A DNA stretch of 64,000 bases, from the NCBI RefSeq assembly GCF_009914755.1, contig NC_060937.1; one strand, given 5' to 3'. The position numbers were made by a program, and so were the translations under genes. The DNA is from the human T2T-CHM13v2.0 reference genome, Homo sapiens. The notes under the pieces were generated by a model. It searched no databases. It was given only the letters and a program-made list of their open reading frames with translations, and was not told the DNA's origin. Of this stretch, positions 27,791 through 42,000 are shown one piece after another (the stretch's first letter is position 1; each line of letters opens with the position of its first letter).

Positions 27791-28228
27791 GCAAAAAGTA
27801 TTGAATTGAGACCAAAGTAAAATTAATTAGAGGACCAAAAAAGGTGATGAACATGTACAACAGTCAGACACGTGTGATAAACAATACAAATAAACAACCA
27901 ATCAAAATAACATAAAAATGAGAGCAATATTATTTATAAATCCCCAAAATTGAGATGAAGAGAGAAAATAAAATCAGATATATGAGGAATATAAGAAATG
28001 TTAAGGGCATTCATGAATGCATACAGAGCTTAAAACATTTACCCACAAAAGACATCATGAATTGTATGAAAGGAACACCCGTCAAAAAAGAACACGGGAC
28101 GTATTTCTCAACATAGTTTTCTTAAAATTATCACAGAATAGAAAATACTAGTCTTATTTGAATTGGGCATAACATAAAGGTTTTTTTTCTCATATTTCAT
28201 TCAAAATAACACAATATATGAAAGTATT

Positions 28229-28538
28229 ATCTGTGTTGGCAAGAACAAGCACCTTAAAAAAGGTGGCGAAAATACCGCCAAGATAAAAGCAGTTCATGCA
28301 TGTTCTAAGAAAGATTGGTATGATGTGAAAGCACCAGTTATGGTGATTATAGGAAATATTGGATAAAACACTAGTCGCAAGGACTCAAGGAGCCAAAATT
28401 GCATCTGATACCTGGAAATCATCATGTTTTTGAAGTGAACTTTGCTGATCTGCAGAATGATGAATTTGCATTAGAAACTCAAACCAATTATGGAGAATGT
28501 TCAAGGCAAAAACTGCCTGGTCAACTTTCATGTTGCAT
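28229..28538 (+). pseudogene. RPS3A: Processed pseudogene of 40S ribosomal protein S3a (eS1), 5' ~100 codons only
   Basis: Manual translation: [25 protein letters not shown] / KTLVARTQGAKIASD / VFEVNFADLQNDE / VQGKNCLVNFH, matching RPS3A N-terminus; no introns; start codon mutated; frameshifts. Confidence 0.92.
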
Positions 28539-28985
28539 TGCATATGTATATTTTATTTTCTATAAATTATGATGTTTTGACATGTTAAGAACCCTTTCTA
28601 GCTGGAGAAGAGACTGCCCCTCCTGGGGCTAGTGAATTCTTAAGAGAGAGCAAAGAGCTTGTGAGCACATCTTTTTATGCAAACCAATCACTTCAGATTG
28701 GATAGCTCCAAACAACTTAAGTATCTCTCACACACCACACCAATATCACCACTACTCTTAATTCTTTCCAGGACCAGGTGCCTGGCAACTAGAGTTTACT
28801 GGAATTATTCAGACTAGCCAATCCTAAACTGTTTGTTCTGCCCTGTCACATTTCCAGCAAAACCCTTCCAAAACACTTTGGCCTAGATTTTCTTCTAACT
28901 TCTGTCTTTGTCTCCTGCCCATCCTGTTGTTTCCTGGGGGGCCCTATGTGGCCGCTTATCTTGGAAATGTGAGTAAGAAATAGAA
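28539..28985 (+). mobile_element. ERVL LTR (MER54/MER74/LTR47 group)
   Basis: ATAAATTATGATGTTTTGACAT..GAGACTGCCCCTCC.GGGGCTAG..AATTCTTA, CTAGCCAATCCTAAAC; exact family and 3' end uncertain. Confidence 0.65.
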
Positions 28986-29084
28986 GAGCCTTGGCAATCC
29001 TTGTATTTTCTCTAAAATTATTTGTAATATGGAGAAACATCAATATGTTAGTAATATTTAAGGAAAAGACAACCAATAAATAGT

Positions 29085-29800
29085 AATTTCAGATATTGAA
29101 ATTAATAGAAACAGATTTAAGGAAGCTATTATATAACCGGGGAGGTAATGGAAAATATGCTTATAATGAATGAACAAATTAGATGTCACAGCAGAACAAT
29201 AAAAAAATCAAAAAGTACCAAAATAAATTTCTAGAATTGAGAAACACAATAACTGAAACAAATAATTTAGAGTATGAATTTAATAGCACATTGGAGAAGA
29301 GTGAAGGAAATGTCAGTTAATTTATAGTAGACCAATAAGATTAATTCAAAATAGTCATCAGGGAAAATAAAATTAAATAGAAAAATAAATGAGGCAAGCC
29401 TTAGGGACCTAGAAGGTGATATAAAAATCTAATGCAATGGAATTAAATGAAGCAGAAGGAAGAATGAAGTAAAGCAGAGAAAAATTTGAAGATATAGCAA
29501 TTAAAATTATCCAATTGTTTGAAAGCATAGTTCATAAAACAGATTCATAAATGACTATATTAAAATTAAGAATTTAATTTTTCAGAAGAAAGCCTAAGAT
29601 GGAGAACACTATCTATAAATTGGTAAAATTTTGTTAAGTAAACTTGAGACAAAAAAATAAAAATAAAATAAAATTCCTTTCAAATAAGAGAAAACATAAA
29701 TTGTCCATAGTTTATGAAAATGTATTCAAACTCATTTTTAATTAGAACCACAAAATTGTAAATAAAAAACACAATGGCTCCATTTCATACTTAACAGGAT
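29085..29800 (+). mobile_element. Ancient L1M fragments (ORF1 region followed by degraded ORF2 3' pieces)
   Basis: AAATTTCTAGAATTGAGAAACACAATAACTGAAA, GAATTTAATAGCA, CCTTAGGGACCT; ATATTAAAATTAAGAATTT. Confidence 0.55.
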
Positions 29801-29859
29801 AACAAAATCTGATGTCAGTTCAATGAATTTCTGTTTCAGGGAGACCTATTTACATTTGA

Positions 29860-30156
29860 TTTTTTTTTTTTTTTTGAGACAAAGTCTCACTCCGTTGCCC
29901 AGGCTGAAGTGCAGTGGCGCGAGCTCGGTTCAGTGCAAACTCCGCCTCCCGAGTTCAAGAGATTCTCCTGCCTCAGCCTCCTGAGTAGCTGGGATTATAG
30001 GCAGTGCCACCACTTCCGGATGATCTTTGTATTTTTTGTAGAGGTAGGGTTTCACCGTTTTGGCCAGGCTCGCCTCAAACTCCTGACCTCAGGTGATCTG
30101 CCCATCTCGGCCTCCCAAAGTGCTGCGATTGCAGGCATGTGCCACTGTGCCCAACC
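29860..30156 (-). mobile_element. AluSx-like
   Basis: Poly-T head, CTCCTGACCTCAGGTGATCTGCCC, full dimer. Confidence 0.93.
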
Positions 30157-33100
30157 AATGATGTTTTAAGTAAAATTCAGGATTATAAATTTAGAAGACA
30201 GAGGAATGCGACCAGGAAGGGCCATCTTTGGGGGCTTCTTAGTTACTGGTGAAATTAAGAGGGATGGTGTTATAAAAGGGAGATGTACAAAAATTAATAT
30301 AAGAAAGCATATCATGTAGCTCAATAAAAACATAATTTAAATTCCTAGTATTTATAGCTTTGAACAAAGTTTAAATGTCTGTATAATAAAATTTAAATCA
30401 TGGCAGTAATGTGTGCTTTTAAGCTATGTGGTAGATTTAAGAGAAAAAAACCAATTTATTATTTATTATTGATATACCTAGGGGAATTTCATTAAGTTTT
30501 TACAATGCTTAAGTAATAATTATTTGAAAAACAATGTAATGATTTTTAAATTTTTTATGTAATAATTTGGTGGGTAATATTTTAATAATTGAATTTTTAA
30601 TTATTTAATACAGTCATAAAGCCCTGCGTTAACCAAGACTAAAATCAGTAATAATTCTCTGTGTCAAAAAATAGCCTTTCAGTTATGTAAGGATTCTGTC
30701 AATCCCCAGATGTAGAAAATTCACCTCAAATACATTTTCTGGAAACTAGCCTCTGCCCCAGGTTTTTACAAACGGGTTAGTTTCCCTCCCAGGTCGTGCT
30801 ATTCAAATGCTCTTACTTTTTTTTTTTTTTTTTTTTAATTAACAGTCCTAACTCGTCAAGAGAATAATGCCTTTTACTTTATTAGTGAATTTACTTCACT
30901 GAAACTCATACATTTATGTACAGAAAGCTAAGCTCAAAATACAGAAGTTACAACCACAATCAACATATGGATCACCAGACCAATTACTGGACCCTCATAG
31001 TGAGGGTTCCTTTATCTAGCTCTTAATCTAACATGGCCAGGGAACCGTCATAATGCTGGGCAGAGTAATCCTAAACCACCACTGACACCTTTGTAGTCTT
31101 TCAGTGCACAAAATACACTGCATTGCTTTGAAGCTTGCTTGAATTTTGATTTCCTATTACTATGAACATTTTTCAGACTAGAAGGCTTCAGATGTCATTC
31201 TGTCCACATTTTAGAGTTTTTAGAGTAAACAGACAACCTAGGTCCATGTGGTGCAGCATCTTACAAGATAGGTTAAATTCTTCAGAAATTCAATTACCTT
31301 AAAATAAGTAACTTATTTATTAACTTATTTATAAATAATTACATCTTATCTTCCAAAATGAAATATTAAAAGTTTAAAAGAGACTGATAAAATATTAGAT
31401 ACTTCAAATTTTTTAATATTTTTCTATGGTCGAATAATTGTTTTAATGTTATTTTATACAAAAACTAATTTCAAAAATATATATTCTAAAATAAAAATTG
31501 TATTTATCTCTATATAAAGATAAGAATAATGTTATTATCTGAGCATTAAGGTGACACTGAAGTGGTAGTACACATTATTGCCAACACTTAGAAAACTGTG
31601 TCTACTATGTTCCACTGAAGTTTACGTTCATTTTTTCATCACGAAATAAATACTTTGTTTAATGTTAAATGTTTTGTAAGACCTTAAAATAAAAACTAGA
31701 AGATTATATTTAAAGTTCCAATTTTCAAATGAACAAATCTTCTGAAATTGTTATTTTGAATGCATAGATTGAAAAAATAAGATTAATAGTTATTCTGTTT
31801 GAAAATCTGATGAGGCTGATATGCAGTTGCTAGCCTCTAATTTTAACTAGGATGTTCCTTCTCATAAAGCAAACTCAATAAAATCTACTGCTTCATTTTT
31901 TTGTATGCGCAAGAAAAGTTGGATTTTTAAATGAGGAAAAATAATTGGCAGGAAGCATCCAAAAGAAAACGTATGCTTTATGTTTCAAATCATTGTTTAT
32001 GGCACAATCTTCTTAAAATCACAACTTTATTTTGAAGTAGGTGTTGCTTCAGCTTAAGCAAGTTTGTGTTTTACAAAGATAGTGGTATTACGATGAACTT
32101 AGGTTTGCATGGTGAATGTTCACAAATACTATGTGAAGTTTTATACTTATTATGACTTTGAGAAACAAATTTGATACATAATTTTAAAATAAATACATGT
32201 ATTTGTGTTTTTTCTTTTGACTGTTAATCCAATTATTGCAAAATTGCAAAGCCTTAATGATAAAGCAAAAACATCTTCAACCGTATGATAAATGATAAAA
32301 CCACTAAAACGAAAATCTTTGGATGAACCACCTTCACTCTATGGTCAGGATGCTCACTTCTATTTTCTCACATATGTATCCAGCACAGATAAGTAATAAT
32401 TTCTCAACTTTCCTATTGGCACACCTCCTGGTGACCTGATTATTTCACTCATCTGAAAGTCCATATAGCATGAAGCAAGGAATAAGTGGCTGTATGGCTG
32501 TCAAGTATATCTGCAAAACGAAAAGGAGAGAACTGTCTAATGGTACTTCAATTTAATTAAAAAGCATCCTACATGCTGTCCTTGAAGTGAATGGAGTACT
32601 AACTGCATCTGGAAAAGGATAAAGGATACGAGAAGGTAGACAATTCACCTCTGATCATCTATCAGGTGTGGCAACGTGCTAATAAACTCTGCTCACTGCA
32701 ACTGTGTCTCACGTACCATTATATGAATTTATGGCGGAAGTTAGAAGCCCAGTGAAAACGTTTTCCCAGCTCCATTTATTGAAGAGACTTTCCCCAATAT
32801 ATGATCTTGGCACCATATCCCAGTTTATTTCATTCACGTATTAGAAGAATTTCCCATTAATGTTTTAAAGTCTATAAAAAATACTACACAAGATGTCAAG
32901 TATTCTATCTTTCATTGTGAACTATTTAAATCAGATTATCATTAAGCTTTATCATTAAAGCTTTCAGTTATTTTTACTTCAGACATGCAAAATGCTAATA
33001 AATTTGAAGTAAACGAAGGCATAATTTCATCTTTATAATTATTGCTTAATAAAAATCTATATATCTGAATAGAAAATCAAACAGAAAGACACATATTCAG

Positions 33101-33393
33101 AAATTAATATATTTACTATTTAAAGGTATCTTTTCAAAAATTTAGGACTACTATCTACAGGTTAATATCTAGATTTTTAGTTTGACTCTGACTTTTTATT
33201 CTCCGTCTATATAAAAAGAGCTTTGTATACTTAGGCATAATTTCTTCCTTCCTCGAGGTCTTTAGCAGAGGTTTGGTACTAGAAAGACATCAACGCATGA
33301 AAGCATAAGTACTTTAATTTTTTTCCCATGGCAATGCCCAACTGAAAGAAAGTTAAGAGAATGTAATAATACCTACAGATCATTGAACAGATG

Positions 33394-33429
33394 TACACAC
33401 ACACACACACACACATACACACACACACA
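33394..33429. repeat. (CA)n microsatellite
   Basis: Direct reading. Confidence 0.95.
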
Positions 33430-35130
33430 GAATTGTCGCCTTTTCATTAAAAAAAAAAGTAAGAAGCCAATGTTAGAAGTTTAATATATGAAGAAAAGAT
33501 GAAGAAAAGAAAAAGAAAGACTGAACATGAAAGAATCTGAAGCTATTTTTGTATATCTTAGGACATATTTTGAAAAGAGTGGTATAGCAACATCCACTAT
33601 CAAATACAAAATGATTTTGAGTTGCAAGTAATCTTAGAAAGAAAAAAATATATTATGTATAAGACTGACCACAATGGTTTGAGTAGCACAGCTTACTATG
33701 AAGTTGATTCATAGTAAGGAATCAAGTTCCATGATATTAAGTGAACTAAACTTCAAAGGTTTAAGCTTCAAAATCCAATCTATTGAAGCTGTGGACATTG
33801 GGTAACATTTCACAAGAGCAGATTTTTACTAGAATGTTTTTCAGAATTTCAATCTTTTCTTCAGAAAGTTCAACATCTTTGGTAGTAAACTAAAGAAAAT
33901 AAGCGGCATTCAATTTTGTGTTTAATAATTTATATGCCAATTGTATGAATCTTTGAGTATCATTCTTAAAAGGTAACATCAAAATATATTAGTAAAGATT
34001 ATACATTTTCTGCATAAATTATAAATTGTTATTTTGACATTTAATGCCTGCAACTATGTATTTCTTCATAAAATAACACTTTAAATATGATTTCCTAGAA
34101 ATGGATTTATAAAAGGACTAATCTGAGCCTTAATAAATAAATGACATAATGGTTTGTGAGATTAACATCCTGTGAACTTGAGGAATATATCTTTTATTTT
34201 AGTTTTATTATTTTATTTTTAATGATTAAAATCTAGTATATATCATAGAATGTAAGTAATTGAATAAATATTTGTTAAGCAGATTATTGAATCAACAAAT
34301 GTATGTTACTTAGTATGTAGCCCTTAACACTAAATGTTCAAAAATGCCAATATCAGTTTATGACAGAATTTTAATATTTAAAAAGAAGATGATTTGGCTG
34401 AGTTGGCACAAGTAAGGGACTCATAATTATTTCTGAAATTATATCTCCTCCATTGTTATTGTCAAGATAACTTTTCTCTTACAAGATTATGCTTAGTGAA
34501 ATTTATTTTCATTTTTCTTACTTTCAAAAAATGTTGTCAAATGTCGGTCTGTCTCCACATTAAGTATATCATAATACTGATGGTATGAAACAAACACACA
34601 CAAAACTGATAATCTACATAGCAACTTTACACATAATTTCATAATAAACTTTTCAAAATAAAGTATAAGCAAATCATATTTAATTTAAATGATATCTAAT
34701 TTCATTCATAGTATAGTGAGTAGTTATATTACAGTAAAAAAGATATAATTTCACTATTCAGTTATATATTTCTGTCCCTGAGACATTCAATTATGAGTTA
34801 TTTGAGAACATTTCATTCACAGAGGTTGGCCTCTAAGACTAAGGAATTGGTAAATACTGATGAATATTTTCTCCATTAAGATGGAGAGCCATCAAGGCAA
34901 AAGTTTGTTTTATTTTACTATTCTTTAGTTTTCCACAGAACGTATATTTGAGAAATATTTGTTAAGTGAATGAAAAATCATTAATTATGGTGAGCACTAT
35001 AAAGAGATGTCAGTGATGAAATGACCACAGGATTTGATCTTGGAAGTTCTCAGTGACAAAGATGAGAATAATTTCAATCGAGTTTTGAAAATAGAAGCCT
35101 AGAAAGATTATCTTCAAAAAAGGAGGTTAG

Positions 35131-35520
<390 letters not shown>

Positions 35521-35611
35521 TAATATTTCACTCATATATCTAACTCCAAGAATATTCCTTATTCCTTCTGCATAGTGTACATTTAAAATAAATGTTTGAA
35601 AACTACTAATT

Positions 35612-35665
35612 CATCAACATATACATTTCGGAGTGTTACAACATCAACATTTCGGAGTGTTACAA
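35612..35665. repeat. 30-bp tandem duplication, second copy lacking 6 bp
   Basis: CATCAACAT(ATACAT)TTCGGAGTGTTACAA twice. Confidence 0.85.
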
Positions 35666-37184
35666 GCTATTCTCTTCAAATTATCGTAATTAATTATAAA
35701 TGTGTAATAGTATTCCCATTTCACTTCTAATGAAGTGGGAATTAATCTCCATTTTTGCTAATGGCATTGGAGGAACGAATCAAATGAATTGCTTATTTTA
35801 TGTTTTAAGCAACCTATTCCTAGTGATGCATATTGTATTCCTAGAGTTTTCAAATCCCTTCATTCATAATTATATTGTTATTCTCATACTTGTTAAGAAG
35901 TATTTATATTGTATTACACAGTTTTGTCTGTTGTAAAACAGACATCATATAAAAATATTTACGTATAATCTCTCTATGTCTGCATTTTCTATTTCTGTGT
36001 ATTTATATTCTCTTATTATATTTACTGAGTCTGTCTTTTCACTTTTTTCCTTTATTATGATGCACATTTTTTAGTATCATATATGTAGACTAAAAAGAAA
36101 AAAGCAGAATTAAGGCTGTGCATTCTTTTTTAGTGTATCTGGTGACATTTTCTAATAATTTTATTATGTAATATAATACATTTATCTGCTATTATAAATG
36201 CTGTATAGTATTTTTATCCAGTAGCTTTTTATTTTTCAATCATTAAGAACTCATTTTTAATTATTTTGCATTAAAATGGGGAAAAGTGAGCTGTAAAATA
36301 TATCCATCAAAAAATATTGAGATTTCTTTTGTAGAGCTATGTATTTTTTTTTTACATATTCCATTACATGGATATATACGTATTTATCTGGCTTTACACA
36401 GTCCAACATTACATTAAAAAATAGACATTTTAATTTTACAATCTTGAACTCCAGAGGCTTTATTATGTAACAAAAAATTGTGGCATTATAAAGCAATCAA
36501 TTAATAGACTATTATCTGGTGTCTATGAAAAGATTACTAACAGCATAAGTAAACTATCATCTTTCCAGTAATATCATTCTCCTCTGGAAACACCTGGTGC
36601 AAAAATATAATTACCATTAATGAATCTCAGGGAATATGCTAAATTTAAATTGAAGTAATCAAATTTTCTTGCTCAGTTGATAATATGTACTAGTCAAGCA
36701 TCAAGTATGTAAAAATTTTGTTTTTCAAAATTGCAATAACCTCAAATATACACAAGAGCATAAGCAGAGTAATACATGCACATTTTTTTGTTTTGGTTTT
36801 GGAGCTTACATTTTTGCTATTTTATTGACTTAGTGGCAGAGGATATTCAGATGATAATATTGAAAATTTTTAAATAACTAAAAGCTATTTTAGTACCTTA
36901 ATTCCTATCCAAAAAATTTAGTAGTCAGCAATGTACCTTGAGCACAAAATCAATAATGAACTAGCACACCAAGTAATATTTATGTATATTCACAATACAT
37001 AATTCCATTAACATTTGTTTCAAGGATATTTTAAGTAACATTGATTTTGTTTCTTATTGAATCACATTATCAAGTTTACCAAAATAAAGATATTGCACAT
37101 TTCAGCTGATAAGAACAGTAGTCAAATAATTATATGATGACAGTATTTAGGCTCATTTATAAATGAGGTATTAATGTTCACCTT

Positions 37185-38330
37185 CAACTGTGTTGGATGG
37201 GTCAAGAATAATGAAAACTGAGACTTTGCCATCAGTCTAAGAGTAGTGGATGTTACTGATGACCTTCCTAAGAGCAGTATCAGTGGAGTGCTGCAAGTGC
37301 CAGCTTCATTTGTATTGGTAGAAAAAAAGATTAAGAGAAAAGATAGAGGAAATGAGCTTAGATAGCACCTCGAAGATTTTTGTACTGTGGTTTTGGTTGT
37401 TGCTTTTTGTTTGCAAAGGGAAGGAGAAAAAAAATACAGTAAAGAAAGGTGAAGACTGTTCATGAGTTTATTTATTTTTAAAATTGAAAAAAAAACTTCT
37501 TATTGAATATGTGAAAGCTTCCAATAGAATGAAGAAAATGATGATACAAGAGAGGAACTGAAAAATTGTCAACATGCTTGAGTTACTTAAGGAGGATACA
37601 ATTTTTATATACAAATGGCATTAAATACTCTTGTAGAAATATAGAGAAACATGGAGAAAATAGTAACAGGAGAAAAGTCAAAGTATGGGCTTAGGTGCAG
37701 GTGGGCAGATGCTGTGAATGGAGCACGCAGAGGTCATCTCCTTGTTTTATTTCTAAGGGAAATGGAGAGCAATGTCAAAGTGGAAGCTCAGAATGTGCAA
37801 CAGCTTGGTGGAAATTAAAGGAAAAAAGAAAATCCCTTAAACATATCCAGAAGAGTGGGATAATAAAAAGAAGTAGGGTAGTAAAGGGAAGTAGGGCAGT
37901 TAAGGGGCTAGAGACATTTTAGTAAAGCATTAAGGAGCACACTTAGGTCAATTAGTATGAATTTAAATTGGCTCCATTACTATGGCTTTGTATTGTACTC
38001 TGGCTGTAATTAGCTATGTGGGTTCAGACATGAAACAACCTGAGACTGGATTTTTGTTTGGTCAGAGTAGCAAAATGAAGTTAAAGGAGACAAGGGAGTG
38101 AAGGATATGTGCAAGGTTCTGATAGGCTTCTAGATTCAGGTGTTGCTACATCAAATTAAGTGACCTGGAGCCATAGCATGTGATGTCCAGAGACTGGAGT
38201 GAATAGGATCAAAATTATAGATGCCAAGATATTTCCAGTATTATTTACATGACTACAATTAACAAGAAAATTTTGACAGGAATAGTGTTGAAGAGAGTGG
38301 GAGTCGAGCCAATGCTGAAATCTGTTGTAA
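37185..38330 (-). mobile_element. Degraded L2 LINE
   Basis: TCAAGAATAATGAAAACTGAGA..TTACTGATGACCTT..AGAGCAGT.TCAGTGGAGTG, typical of minus-strand L2; purine-rich continuation. Confidence 0.55.
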
Positions 38331-38699
38331 TATCTACATAAAAGGAATAAACTCATATTTCTTCCAAACTACTTTGCTGGTATTAATATTAGCAAGCTCA
38401 ATTCTCTAAATACTGTGGTAAATGTACTATGCTTTGACGGTACATTACTATACTATTGACTGATTATTTATAGTTCCCTCGTAGTAATGCAGTGAGATAA
38501 AAGGGGAAATAATGGTGTTTTTTCCCCTTTTTCTTTGGAGAAACAAGGTCCTTTTTCCTGTTTTTTTTTTTTTTTTTTTTTTTTTAGAACTGAGACATGA
38601 GTTTTCCTTGGGATGTTTGAGGACCATTCTGCCATTGACATCCCAGAGTTTAGTTCCTTCTCGACATTCTCGACGTCCCAGAGTATAGTTTCTTCACTG

Positions 38700-39095
38700 G
38701 GATTGGTATACAAATGTTAAACAAACAAAAAGCAACAGCTAACAAGCAGCTAATAGGGATTCCTCATGCACTCTCCAGCTGACAGGATTTATTTTTGCCA
38801 GCTTTGTAGTTGGAAAAGATGGGTTTCTTCCGGAGGCTTTGCTGCCTGTGCCTATTAAGCAATTCCAGGACTCAGGCCCATCCTTGGGCCAAAGGTTTAA
38901 AAAAGAAACAAAAGAAGACAAAATAAATCGCCTCAGTGCTGTACAGGTCTTTCTTGAGGTTTTGAATCCCGTTTCAATCCACATGCTTTTGTTTATTTTT
39001 CAGAGTCCTTGGATAGCTGTTTTTATATATTCTGTCAAGAACTTTCCATTGTAATCTGTGGGAAAACTAGAATTGAATAGGTCCATCTTTAACAG
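38700..39095 (-). mobile_element. Old L1M 5'-end fragment
   Basis: TTTTCAGAGTCCTTGGATAGCTG..ATTCTGTC..TTGTAATCTGTGGGA resembles minus-strand L1M 5' termini. Confidence 0.4.
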
Positions 39096-42000
39096 CACTA
39101 GTGTTCCAAGGTTGCACTATTTAATTGATAAAAATGAACTTATGTTCAAAGGAAAAAATAACCACAACCAGTAGTAGAAGGGCAATTGAGTTTTCTTCGA
39201 GAAAAAATTTGCTGATAAAATGAAAATTTATCATATAGATAGCATATCTATTATAGATAGCATATTAAAGAATTAAAATTTGTTTTTGGCCTATAATTTC
39301 AGGTTAAATTATAAATATATATTTTCATTATTGTGAGTTATTAAAAATAATATGTATAATCTCTGACATTTAGATAATCTAAAAGTTGTTTTTGTTAGTT
39401 TTGTGTAATTAGTTGTATGCAAGAATGGAATACTTTTTTCTGAAATATATTTTATTAGATAGTAAATGCATGTTCTCTTTTGCTCATTATAATACTTTAT
39501 AAGATTAAAAACTAAGGTAAAATAAAATTGAAGTAGCTCATAATCATTCCTATGGAATAAATAATAAAACACTCATGAGAAAAAAATTACCATGTGCCAA
39601 GTAAAATTCTATGACAGCCTCAGTAGGAAAGAAAGGAACATCATACTCTTTATGAAATAAAATTTCTTCTTATGTGATGTCCTGAAATTTATTTGTTTTG
39701 GCACCTAATAATGTTGTAATCTATTTCTTGACTGAAATATGGTAGCCATCTAATTTAAGTAAAAACTGCCAACACTGAACATTGAGCATTTAGTTTCTAC
39801 TTGAAACCATGCCAGATAATGTGTATGTGGTGTGTGTGTGTATCCGCACATACAAAAAGAGAATCATTTGATATTGTATCAGAAATGTCCAAGTGTGCAA
39901 GCCAAAGATAAACAGTACAGTGACAAAATTTCTGTATCATTCAATGTCATATGCCTTGGCTGCAGCATCCCATTAAAAGGCATATAAATTATTGTCCAGT
40001 TTTACATCAATGGTTGGAAATAAATTACTTGCACATCTCTTGTGGATTAAGTTATCTTATGCCTACATATAAATCATGCTGAAAGAAACCAAATTACCCC
40101 CAAATGCACATAGACCCATATTCTTCATTCATAATAGCACACATTTCATCTACAGACATTTAATAGTGTAGTGCAGTTAATATGTTTTAAAGATGACCCT
40201 ATAACACTCAGGATTATTAACTACAACAAATCTGAACAGCAATTCAAGGTTGCTAGTTTCTTGTCAGTATAGTAGATCATTTTAATTCAAGATATACCTG
40301 ATACATTTCAGCTGCTCCCTGCTTTTGAAAGCCATTTCCTCTACTCCCTCCTTTCAGGACCAATAAAAGAAAAAGAGTCAGACTGTTCGGGTAACTTTAA
40401 ATTAGTTACTCCAACTCTAGAGTGTTTAAATCTATCCTGGTTTAAATATATTTTCAGCTGCTTAAAACTTATCTTCTACTACATGTTCCAACTTTAAAAC
40501 TCACAGAGTTAGTTTTGGGAAGGCATTATAGGATTTTTTTTTTAAAGTAACTCAGCCGTGATTTTGCAACTGAATTTCGATCAGAACTGCCATAATTGAA
40601 CTAAATATTGCAGAGAAAGTATTAAACAAATACAAAAATTTTGAAAATGATGCATTCATTTTAAGTTACATCAAAGACAAATAAATTAAATGTTTCCAAA
40701 TATATTTGCATTTGTCAAAATTGGAATAAAAAAGCTATGGAAATAGCATTTATAGAACTGCTTAAATAATAACGCTAATAAAGATAAATAGAAATAATAA
40801 TAAAAATAAAAATATGACCTTAATTGAGTAAAGGCTACTATTACCAGTAGAAGTTTTGGTGAAGAGAAGACATACTGCAATCCAAACATATTCCACCCTA
40901 TACATAATGGTGATTTTTGCAAATCACATGCAATCAGAAGAATTCATTACATCATAAGAAAAAGAATTGAAATGTTAATTTTGACTCATACACACTATAA
41001 AACTCATCCAATACTAACGTTACTAAAAATTCAATTACTACAGAGAATCACCAGATAGAGGCAAAACATTCTTTTCTTAGAGAAGTCCAAGCATCTCTGA
41101 TGCTCATATTTCCCATATTTCCCACCAAAATAAAATGTAGCCTTTTGCTCCAGAATTATGGTCCATTATTGTTTTGGATTAAGGCAAACAGTTTTGAGCA
41201 GAAATAATACTAAAATCAATTTAAAATTTAATATATTTTTTACTTTCTGCTAAGAGATCAAGTTGGGGATCATTATCATGTTTAGAAGTAGATTTTTGGG
41301 GGTCATTCATTACATCATACAGAGGTTCCCAATAGAGGTGAATAGGCTACAGCTTGTGTTTAACTCTTTATTTCCCAGTTTTGATACAATATTAGTATGA
41401 CAACTACAATCTACATGTGGATTTGGTTAGGACAAAAGCACAGGAAAAGTGGTGGGTTTAATAAAGTAGAATAGAGGTAATAAAACAAATGGTTATTCTC
41501 CAATAAAAGCAGTGGAAAGGGGAAATTTAAAGTATATATTCTATTATTTATATCAGTGTTACACTAAATATGTAATAATGCATTACAAATAGGAAGGATG
41601 CAACTATGAAAATCTGGTCATGTTCAAAAATGCATACACATACTTATGTGACAAGTAAGGCATATGTATTTTAGGTGACAACTTTCTTCCTCATAAATGT
41701 CCACATTTATCTTCTTAAGAAGATCTTACTTCAATAAAGAAAGAGTTTACCAAAAAAATCATAGAAGAAAATACTGTATTGAAGATGGGAAATTGTAAAC
41801 AAAAACACAGAATTTTCTATGCTTAATATGCATCTCATAATACAAATAAGTGGCAATTTCAAAGACATAGAGTTAGGTTGGTGTGGAAAACTTCAGATTA
41901 TTAAAAACCACAATGCAAATAGAATAAAGGAAATGATAATTTCCATAAGAACAGATTGCTAAATGCTTTATATTAATTATTGAGATGTTAATACAGATTC

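Noticed and set aside
38560-38590. T26 followed by AG, as a splice acceptor or retrocopy tail (similar at 30818-30845)
   Set aside because: No convincing downstream donor, parent-gene similarity or TSD identified
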